A DNA stretch of 64,000 bases from Polyangiaceae bacterium (GCA_965222375.1 CBDCTZ010000014.1:128001-192000); one strand, 5' to 3'; shown: positions 30,715-41,317, numbered from the stretch's first letter. Translations and numbers: made by a program. Notes: a model not told the origin generated them from the letters alone.

Positions 30715-31041
30715 CTAGGCAGCGCTCACGTCGACGCGGAGCTTCAGGCCAGCACCTCGCACCTGGTCTTGGAGGGAGAGCCTCACGAACTGGGCTTCGC
30801 TGTGGCCGAGCGCTTTGGCGAACTTGGCCGCACGTTCCGGGCTCACGGCGCGACGGTCGTGTTCGATGTCGCTGAGGTGCGAGCGGGAAACACCCAGTCG
30901 CTCGGAGAAGACGGCGAGACTCTCGCCCTCGCTCTGTCGCAGCGCGGACAGAGCGCCTCCGAGAGACAGCGGCGCGCCCATCATCTTTTCCAGCCGGGAG
31001 AGAGCAGTGCTCGACTTCTTGGAAACACGCTTAGTCGTCAT
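30715..31041 (-). CDS. XRE/HTH antitoxin (HigA-like)
   Basis: FSERLGVSRSHLSDIEHDRRAVSPERAAKFAKALG; overlaps the toxin stop. Confidence 0.85.
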   Translation of the reverse strand: MTTKRVSKKSSTALSRLEKMMGAPLSLGGALSALRQSEGESLAVFSERLGVSRSHLSDIEHDRRAVSPERAAKFAKALGHSEAQFVRLSLQDQVRGAGLKLRVDVSAA

Positions 31042-31306
31042 GTTTGTTCACTTCTTCCACGTGCACCGCTTCGACTCGCCCGCTTCTCCGAACGATGTAG
31101 ATCGCCCGGTACGCACGGCTGAGCCGGATCGCGCGGTATCCTCGCCAACGCCCTTCCAGGGCATGGTCCCGAAATCCTCGAACGGCGCGTGCTGCCTCGA
31201 GCCTCTCGTTGGTGACCAGGTCTGCCCAAAGGGCGAACTTGCGCAGGATGTGCTGCGGCACCTTGGCAAGCTGCTTCTCAGCGGTCTTGGATATCTCAAG
31301 ATCCAC
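31031..31306 (-). CDS. RelE/HigB-family mRNA interferase toxin
   Basis: ~91 aa; GFRDHALEGRWRGYRAIRLSRAYRAIY, EEVNKHD; toxin-first order. Confidence 0.85.
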   Translation of the reverse strand: MDLEISKTAEKQLAKVPQHILRKFALWADLVTNERLEAARAVRGFRDHALEGRWRGYRAIRLSRAYRAIYIVRRSGRVEAVHVEEVNKHDD

Positions 31307-31309
31307 TAC

Positions 31310-31336
31310 TGTACCCCTTGAGAGGGTACAGTCAAG
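31310..31336 (-). promoter_or_regulatory. Sigma70-type promoter and palindromic operator of the higBA-like operon
   Basis: Minus strand TTGACT-N16-TACAGT overlapped by TGTACCC-N7-GGGTACA, a few bp before the GTG. Confidence 0.65.
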
Positions 31337-31561
31337 AATCCTGCGTCCGCGTGGCCTTCTCGGATCGGGAAGTGACCAGGGACGATGGGCGACGAGCGGC
31401 GGAGTCTGGGCACGCCCGCACCCATCGGCAGCACGCGGCGGGAGTTGTTGGACTTTTACGCCCTGCGCGGAATCGTTGGCCGCGGCACTCACGGGTAGGA
31501 GATGTCGGCTCTGTTGCAGTGCGGCGGCTCTGCCGGGAAACCCCCCAGAGTTGTCGAACTA

Positions 31562-31630
31562 CCTATCTCGGGAGTAGGGGCCCAATGCCGCTAAGTGAAC
31601 CGACCCCAAACCAACCAAGGGACTTGGCGC
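31562..31630 (+). repeat. 69-bp imperfect direct repeat, copy 1
   Basis: Matches 56221-56289 at 60 of 69 positions by manual alignment. Confidence 0.85.
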
Positions 31631-31779
31631 AGAAGTTGGGGTGGTCCTAGGTCCCTCATCGAACTCCCTGCTGACTCGTCCGGGGCCTCGTCGCTTGTGT
31701 TGAGTGGTGTATAGGCTCATGACGCCGATAAGTAATTGAAAATACTTGCAATCTATCGTAAACGGCTTACGTTAATGGA

Positions 31780-32046
31780 GTGGATCCTAGAGTAAAAGGC
31801 TACCTCCAGGAGCTCGGACGGCGAGGCGGTCGAGCTAGTCGCCGAAAGCTCAGTCCCGACGCCGCTCGGGAGATGGTGAAGGTGCGCGAGGCGAGGAGGG
31901 CGTATCGCGAGTTTCATGCGGCGTGCTTTTGGTCCAACGATCCCGAGTACATCGTCACGCTGGAGGATGTCCCGTGGGTTGCCGAGCGACTGATGCGCTT
32001 CGGCGGCCGTCGAGGCTGGGAGAAAGGCGCGAAGCTATGCCGCTAA
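31780..32046 (+). CDS. Small putative antitoxin (partner of an AbiEii-like nucleotidyltransferase)
   Basis: REFHAACFWS..VAERLMRFGGRRGW; overlaps the downstream toxin-like start; CGTAA-N5-TTACG palindrome upstream. Confidence 0.6.
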   Translation: MDPRVKGYLQELGRRGGRASRRKLSPDAAREMVKVREARRAYREFHAACFWSNDPEYIVTLEDVPWVAERLMRFGGRRGWEKGAKLCR

Positions 32047-32186
32047 CAGCGTTTCAGGCGGAAGTTCTCACACTGCTCAGCGACAATCGAACGCCCGATA
32101 GCTATCTCGCCGGCGGCGCTGCGATACATCTCGAGCCGAACCGACCTGGCGGCGTCCTCCCACAGATCACGCCAAGCGACGACTGA
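32037..32186 (+). pseudogene. Truncated AbiEii-type nucleotidyltransferase toxin
   Basis: MPLTAFQAEVLTLLSDNRTPDSYLAGGAAIH N-terminus, then a stop after 49 codons. Confidence 0.6.
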
Positions 32187-32295
32187 CGAAGAACCATCGG
32201 AGAGCCATGTCCCAAAACGTGCTCTCGAGCAAAGAATATACTCGCCGCGTGGTGAGGGTTGCCCCGCTTTTCTGACAGGGCTAACCGCTTGCGGC

Positions 32296-35200
32296 ATGCA
32301 GCAGGGACCGGTCTCACCAGCGCTAGCAGTGCTACCCGCGCTCCCGAGCGAGCAATGCACGGCACTCGTGATGCTCGCGATGAACGGAACCTTGCAGGTG
32401 ACGCACTGGTGCGATCTCATGCAACAGCTGGGAGAGCGAGAGAGTGCGAAGCGAGCGTGGTCGACCACCTCGTTCCGCCGAAGAGTCGTGCTGCCCCTCA
32501 TGCGACAGAAGCTGGTCGAGGAATCGAGCGGGCGCTGGTTCGACTGCGCGCCCCGCGTTGGCTCGACCGTGTTGCGTTGGGCAGGGCAGCGGGGTGACGT
32601 TGCCAGGTTGATGACAGCTGGTTGCCATGCCTCTCCCTACGCCAGCTGGCGCAGCCCCTGGCACTACCCGGATTCCCTCCGCGTCGCCCGATTGGCCATT
32701 TTCAGTACGCCCGATGCTGCCCTCGCTAGCTTGGAGCAGGCCGTCGACGCCGATTGCCACCGGGCCGCGAAGTTGGCGGCGGAGGTGACTGACCCGCATG
32801 ACAGCGCCTGGTTTGGTTCGTTGCCAGAACCGCTTCGAGCTCGCCTCTTGGAACTTGCCCTTGTCGGCCTCGAGCGCACTGCCACTCGGAATCAGGGACT
32901 ATTCCGAGAGATCTGCCGCGACTTGAGACCGCTCGATGGGGCGACCGAAGCCACGGTGCAAGCCTTTGCGGGGGTCGCGGTACTGACGGGCGAGGTCGCG
33001 GTGCTTCGCGCCCTGGCGGAGGCGCCGCTGGCGGCTGGCGCGCAGGGCCCCATCCGCGCCGCGCTAGCTGTCGTTGAAGGCCGCTACGAAGAAGCTGCGA
33101 GGGAGGCGGAGTCATGGTCACGCTCCAAAAAGACGGGTCACTGCGGTGTATTGGCGCTGCTCGCCGTTCTTGCGCTGTTGCGGAGAGCTCCGCAAAGCGA
33201 ACTTGCTTCGCGCCTCGTGAAAGCAGGGGGTCGTAGAGGCACGCCGCTGCAGCAGACGTTTAGAATTCACGAGGCCGTCGTGGCCGCGGATAGCGGACGG
33301 GTGCCTGCGCGCATCCGCTACGCTCGGGACGTCGATGACGACGTTCTGTCGCACTTGTGGTTGACGATGCTCGCGCGGTTGGACGCTTCGGGCTTCGACG
33401 TCGCGGAGTTGTTCGAGGAAGCAACGTCGGCCGTTCGTGACTGTCGAGACGCGGGCTATGCATGGCTGGCGGAGCAATACGAGCAAGCGTCATGGCAGCT
33501 CTTCGAACTGTCAGGCCTGCGATCCCAGCGCTACGGACCGAAGCTGGATCCACCCCCGCCGCCAAGCATCGGCCCGCCTGTTCTGGATGCTTGCGCTCCG
33601 CGCCAGGCCTGGGAGCTTGCCCTCGACCGACTGGAAGCGTTGAGCCAGAGCCAAGAGCCTGGTGAAACCGAGGCATTCGCGGGTGCGACCACGCAGATAG
33701 TCTGGCGCTACCGTTCTGAATCCGGAAAAATCGAGCCTTTCCTGCAGAAGCGCGCAGCCAATGGTCGCTGGACCAAGGGGCGCAAGCTTGCCGTCAAGCA
33801 TCTGCTCGGAGACAGCCCGACTGTTGCGGCCCTGCCACGTGAAGACCAAAGCGTCGCGGCCCATGCTCGTCAGGAGCGCACCTACTCCTTCGGCTATGCG
33901 GAGATCAGCGAGGAGATCGACGCCCGCGCCTGGCTCGCGCTCGTTGGGCACCCACGCGTATTCGTGGATTCCCAAGATGTGCCTCGTGAAGTCATAAAGG
34001 GGGAGCCACGGCTGTCTGTTGAAATGCGGGGCGGTCGCGTGCGGGTCGCCACCGTGCCGCCGCGGCTGCAGAAGGGGGTTTCCGTATGGTTGCAGGGTGA
34101 TCAGCTCGTGGTCTACGACGTCGACTCCCTGGCGGGGGAAGTCCTCGACGCGCTGGGGCCATCCTTCGAAGCTCCCAAAGCAACCAAGCACCGCGTGCTG
34201 AAGCTGCTCGAGCGGATCGCCCCGGTGATCCCGGTGGAGTCCTTCGAGCAGAGCGACGCTAAGAGCGTCCCAACCGATAGTTCACCCCACGTCAGGTTGA
34301 TCCCGAGCCGGGGTGGTCTGGCCGTGACGCTCTTGGTTCGCCCCCTCGGCTCCGAAGGCGCGCTCGTCACCCCGGGAAGGGGCGCACCTACGCTGCTTGG
34401 CCGGACCAAGGGCGAGCCCGTTCAAGTCGAACGAGACTTCGTGGAGGAGGAGCGCCGCGCGAACGAAGTGATCGAGAAGCTCTGCAACCTCGCGGGTTGC
34501 GAGGCCGCCGACTACCGCTGGCAGATTGACGATCCGGAGAGCTGCCTGGAGCTGCTCTCGGCGCTGCGCGAGATCGGGGACGAGGTGACCGTGCATTGGC
34601 CAGCGGGCACTCCTTTGCGGCTTCGGGGGCGTTTGAGTCGGCAGTCGATGAAAGGGGCGCTGCGGCGAAAGCAGAGCTTCTTTTCCTTGACCGGATCCGT
34701 TCGTGTCGATGGCGAGCTGTCTGTAGAGCTCGAGCAGATGATTGAACTCGTCGCCAGACATCCCGGGCGCTTCGTCCAGCTCGCGTCAGGTGAATACGTC
34801 GAGTTGGAGCACGAGCTGCGGGAGCTACTCGATGGAGTTGCCGCTGCGCGTTCTGCCCATGCGAAAACGCGCGGAGGTGTGGCCATCGTTGGGTCGGCGA
34901 TCTCGGTGATCGAGCAGCTCACTCGCGAAGGTGGCAATCTGGCCCTGGACAAGTCGGCCAAGGATTGGCGAAGCCGCTTCGACGATGTCTTCGCCACTGA
35001 GATCAACATTCCGAAAAGCTTCCAGGGCGATCTGCGCGAGTACCAAGTGGAGGGCTTCCGATGGCTTGCGCGGCTCAGTGCGTTGGAATTCGGAGCCTGT
35101 TTGGCAGACGACATGGGGCTGGGAAAAACCGTCCAGATCATTGCCCTTCTGCTGCACCGAGCTCGGTCAGGCCCGGCGCTAATCGTGGCACCCACGTCGG

Positions 35201-36381
35201 TGTGCGAAAACTGGCGCCGCGAGTTGAATCGATTCGGTCCGTCGTTGGCCTCGGTCGCCTACTCGGGCACCGAGCGCGAGCGCCACCTCACTCGGCTCAA
35301 ACCCGGGAACGTGGTCATCACGAGCTACACCCTGTTGCAAAAAAACGTGGATGCGCTCAGTGCTATCCAGTGGAGCACCGCGGTGCTCGATGAGGCGCAA
35401 ATGATCAAGAACGCCGACACCCTTCGCGCCAAGGCGGCGCACCGACTCGAAGCCAAGGCGCGGATCATCGCCACCGGGACACCGATAGAAAACCACGCTG
35501 GCGACGTCTTCAGCCTATTCCAGTTTCTCAACCCGGGCCTGCTCGGGTCCGCGCGGAGCTTCAGCGCGGCCATCGGGGCTGCCGGCAGGTCGAATCGCGG
35601 ACCGAAGCGACTGTTGAAGCCCTTCGTGTTGCGTCGCACGAAGAACCAGGTGCTCGACGATCTGCCCCCAGTAACCACCATCCAGCGCACGGTGGTGATG
35701 TCGCCGGGCGAAGCCAAGCTCTACAATTCGGTCCGACAGGCCGCCCTCGACAAGTTGGACAAGGTGGGTGTCACGCCGAAGGGGCGGCTCCAGATCTTCA
35801 CTGAACTCACCCGGTTGCGGCGCCTCTGCTGCCATCCCGGCTTGGTCGCTCCCGACGCCAACCTCACGAGCTCCAAGCTCGAGAGCTTTCTCGAGCTGGC
35901 GGAGGAGTTGGTCGCCGGGCGGCATCGGTGCTTGGTGTTCAGCCAATTCACCGACGTGTTGGCATTGGTGCGGCCGCTTTTGGACCAAAAAGGAATCACG
36001 TACCAGTACCTGGATGGTTCCACAGCCGCCGCTCGACGGGGTTCGGCCGTGGATGCATTCCAAGCGGGCGAAGGCGACCTATTCCTGATCAGCCTTCGCG
36101 CCGGTGGCTTCGGGCTCAATCTGACTGCGGCTGACTACGTGATTCACTTGGACCCGTGGTGGAATCCAGCGGTAGAGGCCCAGGCCTCGGATCGTGCCCA
36201 CCGTATCGGGCAGACGCGGCCGGTGACGATCTATCGACTCGTCACCGCCGATACCATCGAAGACCGCATCGTCGAGCTGCACGCCGCGAAACGTGAGCTG
36301 GCGGACGCCGTCCTCGCCGAGGCCGACGTTGCGGCCAAGCTCAGCGCGGACGAGATGAGAAGCCTGCTCGAGAGGGAATGA
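32296..36381 (+). CDS. SNF2-family helicase/ATPase with long N-terminal region
   Basis: LREYQVEG, LADDMGLGKT, LDEAQMIKN, TGTPIEN, LVFSQF, GGFGLNLTAAD, WWNPAVEAQASDRAHRIGQ. Confidence 0.95.
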   Translation: MQQGPVSPALAVLPALPSEQCTALVMLAMNGTLQVTHWCDLMQQLGERESAKRAWSTTSFRRRVVLPLMRQKLVEESSGRWFDCAPRVGSTVLRWAGQRGDVARLMTAGCHASPYASWRSPWHYPDSLRVARLAIFSTPDAALASLEQAVDADCHRAAKLAAEVTDPHDSAWFGSLPEPLRARLLELALVGLERTATRNQGLFREICRDLRPLDGATEATVQAFAGVAVLTGEVAVLRALAEAPLAAGAQGPIRAALAVVEGRYEEAAREAESWSRSKKTGHCGVLALLAVLALLRRAPQSELASRLVKAGGRRGTPLQQTFRIHEAVVAADSGRVPARIRYARDVDDDVLSHLWLTMLARLDASGFDVAELFEEATSAVRDCRDAGYAWLAEQYEQASWQLFELSGLRSQRYGPKLDPPPPPSIGPPVLDACAPRQAWELALDRLEALSQSQEPGETEAFAGATTQIVWRYRSESGKIEPFLQKRAANGRWTKGRKLAVKHLLGDSPTVAALPREDQSVAAHARQERTYSFGYAEISEEIDARAWLALVGHPRVFVDSQDVPREVIKGEPRLSVEMRGGRVRVATVPPRLQKGVSVWLQGDQLVVYDVDSLAGEVLDALGPSFEAPKATKHRVLKLLERIAPVIPVESFEQSDAKSVPTDSSPHVRLIPSRGGLAVTLLVRPLGSEGALVTPGRGAPTLLGRTKGEPVQVERDFVEEERRANEVIEKLCNLAGCEAADYRWQIDDPESCLELLSALREIGDEVTVHWPAGTPLRLRGRLSRQSMKGALRRKQSFFSLTGSVRVDGELSVELEQMIELVARHPGRFVQLASGEYVELEHELRELLDGVAAARSAHAKTRGGVAIVGSAISVIEQLTREGGNLALDKSAKDWRSRFDDVFATEINIPKSFQGDLREYQVEGFRWLARLSALEFGACLADDMGLGKTVQIIALLLHRARSGPALIVAPTSVCENWRRELNRFGPSLASVAYSGTERERHLTRLKPGNVVITSYTLLQKNVDALSAIQWSTAVLDEAQMIKNADTLRAKAAHRLEAKARIIATGTPIENHAGDVFSLFQFLNPGLLGSARSFSAAIGAAGRSNRGPKRLLKPFVLRRTKNQVLDDLPPVTTIQRTVVMSPGEAKLYNSVRQAALDKLDKVGVTPKGRLQIFTELTRLRRLCCHPGLVAPDANLTSSKLESFLELAEELVAGRHRCLVFSQFTDVLALVRPLLDQKGITYQYLDGSTAAARRGSAVDAFQAGEGDLFLISLRAGGFGLNLTAADYVIHLDPWWNPAVEAQASDRAHRIGQTRPVTIYRLVTADTIEDRIVELHAAKRELADAVLAEADVAAKLSADEMRSLLERE

Positions 36382-36505
36382 CTTTCGAAATGCGGGATGA
36401 CGCGATCGTCACGTTCTCCGACGGCTTTTGGCGCAACCCAATACAGCTGCGGCCGATAGGCGGGGGTTGGCGCCGGGCCCCTTCAGGCTACCCCTCGCCA
36501 GCTTG

Positions 36506-36740
36506 ATGGTGCTCGTGACCAAGAATGTAGGCGACTTTGACAAGCTTGCTCGCGCGCGAACCCTGCACGCCGGGATTGTCCTGCTCGAGGACGGTGCGCT
36601 GGTGCGCTCCGAGCCGGAGGAAGTGACGCGCCAAGCAGTTGCAGCCATTGAGCTCGAGTTGAAAGCCGGGCGCGACGTGGTGAATCGCGTGCTTCGCATC
36701 GCCACCTCAGGCGCGACGCTCTTTGAGACGGCCCACGGAA
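36506..36740 (+). pseudogene. Remnant of a DUF5615/PIN-like toxin (C-terminal part)
   Basis: VLVTKNVGDF....HAGIVLL motif with no N-terminus; limits approximate. Confidence 0.4.
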
Positions 36741-36999
36741 CTTCGGGGGTCGAGTTCTGTGGCGGCGTTGGGGCGCTAATCTTGTATTGGGGCATGGGGG
36801 GCGTTGGGGGCGGGGTGTTGCACCTCGTTGGACCCACGTCAGCTCCGGCGGTAAGCCGCGGCTATTCGTGGAACCGCCGTGAGGGATGCGCGCGCGGCGT
36901 CGGTTGGCGCGGGCCGGGGGCAGGTGGGGGGTGGCGAGCGATCGTCCGGGAGGTTGTTGTTGGGGTTAGATCGGATTCGTAGCTCCATGACAACGAGCT

Positions 37000-38058
37000 T
37001 CAGTCCGAGGTCGCAATGGCGGAACAGAATCGAGCTAACTCCCCGCGAACGTTGCTCGGGATCCCATGGCCCCCGTCAAACGGGACCCAGCTCACTCGGG
37101 CGCCGGCGACGTTCAGTTGATCGGCGATTGCCATTGCTGATTGAAACGGCATCACTCGGTCCTGACGCCCATGGGTTACGAGGAAGCGGGTCCCACCGAG
37201 GTCCTTGAGCACCGGCGTCCAATCAACGCCGCGGATGTAGCCACCCGATAGCATCGCGACTCCAAAGATGCGCGGGCGATGCCTGAGCCCAACGTCCACG
37301 GCCAGTGTGGCGCCCTGCGAGAAACCGCCGAGTATGATGCGCTGCGGAGGCGTTCCTTCGTCGATGAGCTCGTCTATCAGTGCCGAGACCTGCTTGCGCG
37401 CCTCAGCGAGTTGTTGCGTGCTGTCGAACCAAGCATAGCGCCCTTCACCTTTGCTCAGCACACCCTCAGGGGCGATGACCCGAACGTTTGGCATGGGCTC
37501 GAGCCGGAGGATCTCTTCGCCCAGAGCCACCATATCCTTACCCGGGGCGCGATAGCCATGAAGGAGAATGAGCACCGGGTCTCCCGCCTCGCCACCCCCG
37601 CGTGTGTTGAGCGCTAGCTGACTTGCAGGCCTCGTGCTGCGTGACGAAAAGAAGAGCACTGCAGCAACCACTGCGCCGACCACCACGACCGCAGCCGCCG
37701 AGGCGACCCATCTTGGTCGACGCTTGCCCCCCGGCTGGCTTGATGACGCGGGTTGGGCGCTCCGAGTTTGACCCATGCTGGGTGCTGTTGGCCCTTGCTG
37801 CGGCGCTCCGCGAGGAGAGCCCTGTCCGGGCGCGACGCCCGACGCGCTAGCCTGAACCACCACCTCCGCCCCGATCTCGCGCAGCTGCCGTTCGATGTCG
37901 CGTGCGGCGTGGGGTTCGATGTTGCGCTTCAGTACAACCGGCACACTCTCGACGAGCTGCGTCGCTTCTGCCTCCGAGATGCCGAGAAGCTCCGCAAGTC
38001 GCGGGGTGGTAGTCGCTGGATCCGCGGAGAAGCTCAGTACGCAGACATTGCAAAGCAT
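37000..38058 (-). CDS. Membrane-anchored phospholipase/carboxylesterase
   Basis: LLHGY, GGFSQGA, HGRQDRVMP, FDGGHGI; one TM helix after an N-terminal domain. Confidence 0.85.
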   Translation of the reverse strand: MLCNVCVLSFSADPATTTPRLAELLGISEAEATQLVESVPVVLKRNIEPHAARDIERQLREIGAEVVVQASASGVAPGQGSPRGAPQQGPTAPSMGQTRSAQPASSSQPGGKRRPRWVASAAAVVVVGAVVAAVLFFSSRSTRPASQLALNTRGGGEAGDPVLILLHGYRAPGKDMVALGEEILRLEPMPNVRVIAPEGVLSKGEGRYAWFDSTQQLAEARKQVSALIDELIDEGTPPQRIILGGFSQGATLAVDVGLRHRPRIFGVAMLSGGYIRGVDWTPVLKDLGGTRFLVTHGRQDRVMPFQSAMAIADQLNVAGARVSWVPFDGGHGIPSNVRGELARFCSAIATSD

Positions 38059-38409
38059 CGTGCGGCTCTCGAGGTGCGTCGGGTGGATCAGCAGGCGTCG
38101 GGAGCAGTGTACGCGTCCTGCCGCGCCGGGTTGAGCCTATTCAACGTGCCGGGGCAAGCTCATCTGTCTCGGACACCGCCGTCAGCCACTCGTCGAGGGT
38201 GTTGATTGTTTCTCTGCTGATGATGCCAACCAAAGCCATACCCCGGTTTGCAGGCACGCTCCACACCCGTTTCTGGCTGTACGCGGTTCAGCCATACCGG
38301 TCTTCCTACGTCAGTTCCGTGAACCGACTTGAGCTAGCGCTCCGGGACTGAGCGAGATGCGGCGGACGCTGGGGCGGATGGTGAAGATGTATTGGGAGTG
38401 AAGGGTCCC

Positions 38410-39082
38410 TCAATACCAAATCGTCACCACTCGCCCAGTTTGGTCCTTCGTTACTGGCTCGAAGTGCTTGCTCTTGCCGAGCGCGTGGCGATGGGCTGAC
38501 CAGACGACGATGGCGGCGTCAAGTACGTCGTCCGGGGCTGCGCGGGTGCCAGCTTCGCCGACTTCGGAGGGCAGGGAGATCCCTGCGGCTTCGAGCAACT
38601 CGCCGCGCTGCATTTGGCCGGCCCAGGTGGCTTTGCGGGTTTCGAGGGGCGCGCCGCGAAGGGCGCAGAAGGAGACTTCGGGGTGAACCTCGATGATGTT
38701 GTCGTTGGTGGCGACGATGGGCGCGACTACGGCGATCTTGTGGCGCAGGGCGTAGATCTGTTTGGACAGACCCTTGCCAGCGAGCTTCTTGCAGAGTGCG
38801 AGCGCCTCGGCGTAGCTCGGCTGCTCGAGCACGCCGGCGGGTTGGCGCTTGGAACACGGAGCTGCGGCGGGGGCCGACGAATTGCTTGGCGGAGGCGTCG
38901 ACGCGGCGGAACTGATCCGGTTCTGCGCCGATAGGGATGTCCACGCCGATTGCGGCGGCGGACTGGAATTGGTTCATGACGCCGCGAAAGTCTGGCGCGA
39001 ACAGCGCAGCTTCTAATGCCCCGTCGTTCAGCACGATCGCAATCCAGCCGTCACGGCAGCCGTCGAGGCCTACGACTCGCAT
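38410..39082 (-). pseudogene. DUF429-family predicted nuclease, frameshifted
   Basis: VGLDGCRDGW, GVDIPIG, RRSSVF in one frame; EVHPEVSF, DDVLDA in another; shift near 38840. Confidence 0.75.
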
Positions 39083-39188
39083 GCTGGTTCAGAGCACAGC
39101 ACGGGCGGGTGTTTTCGGGAAGTGACGCGCGGAGGTCGAAGGCCGAAAACGCCATACCCGTCGCGACGTGGCGTCAGCTGGCAGCAAT

Positions 39189-39896
39189 TCACAACTCCAC
39201 GTCAACGATCAGCGGCATGTGGTCACTGGCGTCCCGCCAGTCCTCGAACGCGCCCACTTCAACGTTTCTCAGGCGGTCAACCCAGGCGCGGGGAATGAAG
39301 CAGTAGTCCAAATGAGCGGGACTCGCCGCTTGCCTTTTGTGAAAGTACGTCGGTTTTGTTTCTTTGCCCGGCGTTTCTCCGGTGTGCTCGTGGTACGCGC
39401 TGACGATTCCAATATCGGCTAGTGCTTGTTCCAATTCGTTCCAATGTTCGCCCTTGCCGTATGCGGCACTCGTGTTGAAGTCGCCAAGCAGAACCGTGGG
39501 CGCACTTTCGATCCAGTCCCGGTGGCGGACGATGCCCTTGTGAGCCTGGCGGTAGGACTCAGCGCTGTCCTCGACCCTGTAGGTCCAGACGGCAATGACT
39601 TGAAAATTGATCCCCTTACCGGTCGCGGCAAGCCGCGCAAACGTGGGCAGGTCCTCGTCAGGCCGGGCGACTGGGTCGAGGCGGACCGCTGAATAGGAGA
39701 ATATCCCGAGCGCCCGCCGCCAGCCCTTACCGCTGCACCTAAGTCGGAACGTCGGCTGGTTCGGGCCGTCGAAGAACAATTCGCGTTCGATGTTCTCAAC
39801 TTCGGGGACTACCAGCACGTCAGGCGCGTATGGTGCGATCTTCGCTGCCTTGCGGCGAAAACCTCCGACCTGACAATTCCAAGTGATGAATCGCAT
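39189..39896 (-). CDS. Endonuclease/exonuclease/phosphatase (EEP) family protein
   Basis: FITWNC, VLVVPE, LLGDFN, HLDYCF, SDHMPL. Confidence 0.9.
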   Translation of the reverse strand: MRFITWNCQVGGFRRKAAKIAPYAPDVLVVPEVENIERELFFDGPNQPTFRLRCSGKGWRRALGIFSYSAVRLDPVARPDEDLPTFARLAATGKGINFQVIAVWTYRVEDSAESYRQAHKGIVRHRDWIESAPTVLLGDFNTSAAYGKGEHWNELEQALADIGIVSAYHEHTGETPGKETKPTYFHKRQAASPAHLDYCFIPRAWVDRLRNVEVGAFEDWRDASDHMPLIVDVEL

Positions 39897-40115
39897 TCAT
39901 CTCTCCCGCGCGGCTGCGCGGCTCCCACGATGCTGCGGCCACCATCCGATACGTACCGCAGCAGGTGCCCAGGCTCCAGTGGTTCAGCTCGAGCGACGGA
40001 ACCTTAGGCAATACAGCTATGATTGTGCTGAAGCGCTTGATGCTCCAGTTGCCCTCCCGCCGAGTTCTCGGCCTTTCGTTGCTGTATAAGCACCGTATGA
40101 ACTAGCCTGGGCGCG

Positions 40116-40454
40116 ATGGCGCGTGGCTCGCAAAAGCGTGTTGAGTTCAGGAGCGAGCTCGACAAGCTGTTCCGACACAGAACTCATTGGTTGCGGGCTG
40201 GTGTTTTTGGAGCACGTCCTGGCCCGCCCCCACGAATCACTCGGAAGAAGGTGGATCGAAGCATTGGCCGGCTGCAGAAGATCGCTTCGGACCATCTGGC
40301 AAGAAAGCTCGCACGCAGGGAGTTTGAGCGGTCCGTGGACGCGCGCAGGAGCTGGCATCCCAAGAGGGGCAAGGGGCGTGGTCGGTCAGCCAAGAAGCGG
40401 GAGTTCAAGACTTGGTACGACGAAAACTTCGGCTCTGGACAGGTGGTCACTTGA
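40116..40454 (+). pseudogene. Basic hypothetical protein, probably 3'-truncated
   Basis: 112-aa ORF that runs tail-to-tail into the opposite-strand gene. Confidence 0.35.
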
Positions 40455-41317
40455 ACGCGATCCGCGCCGGGGCCGTGGGGCAGGCCGAAGTTCGAGGGGA
40501 CCAGGTCGATGAGGTTGGTTAGCTTCTGATGGCACCACGGGCAGGCGTCGTCGCGCTCGGTGATGGCGCTGAAGGTGTCAGGGGAGTTCGAGGCGCCGCG
40601 CGTTAGCGTCGTGCAGTCGGGGAAATAGAGCTGCCGACGCTCTCCGTCGTGTGAAAGCTCCCAGCCGGCTTCGTGGGAGTAGTCCTGAGGCGGGACGTAC
40701 AGCGAGTCTCGCCAAGCAGGTGGCTGCTTGCGCCAGTGAGCGAAGAGATCCACCACGGTTTCATCTCCGAGCCACGCGAGTGCCAAGAGGATGTGGTTGC
40801 GGCTTTCTGCGTCGTGCTGCAGTCGCGCGATCATCTCGTCTCGGACCTGTGGGGGACAGCTTCGGAAGGCCAGGCTGGGCCAGAACTTGCCGTGCGCAGC
40901 CGCGGCGCTGAGGCAGCCGTCCAATTGCACATCCGTGAAGGCTGCCAGGCAAAGCAGAATCGATTCGGCCTCTTCGTCGCGCTCGGTGCCGATTAGTGAC
41001 TCGGCGTGTGCGGCCAGGCGCTGCAGCTCCCCGGCGCTGAGCTGGCCGTAGAGTTGTTCTGTCGGAACCGGGTGGGGGATCCAATTGACCAGGGGATCGT
41101 ACTTGCGAGGCTGGTGGAAGATCTCGAGCACCTCCACGGGATCTGTGACGCCCTCGTAGGGATCGACGTCTCGACGGTTGGCGGCGATGTGCTCTTGTTG
41201 TCGCTTGAGCTCTGCGGCTTGCACGCAGGGCATGCAATAGCCACCGGTTCTTTGGGCGGTGGCGGGGAGGATGGTGCCAGCGCAGCCGGGGGTCTTGCAG
41301 GGGAGTCTATTGGACAT
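40440..41317 (-). pseudogene. DUF1963/YwqG-like protein, probably 3'-truncated
   Basis: N-terminal CxxxGC..TAQRTGGYCMPC and CPWC motifs; after QVTTC the frame reads the antisense of another ORF (ORF runs to 40184). Confidence 0.5.
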
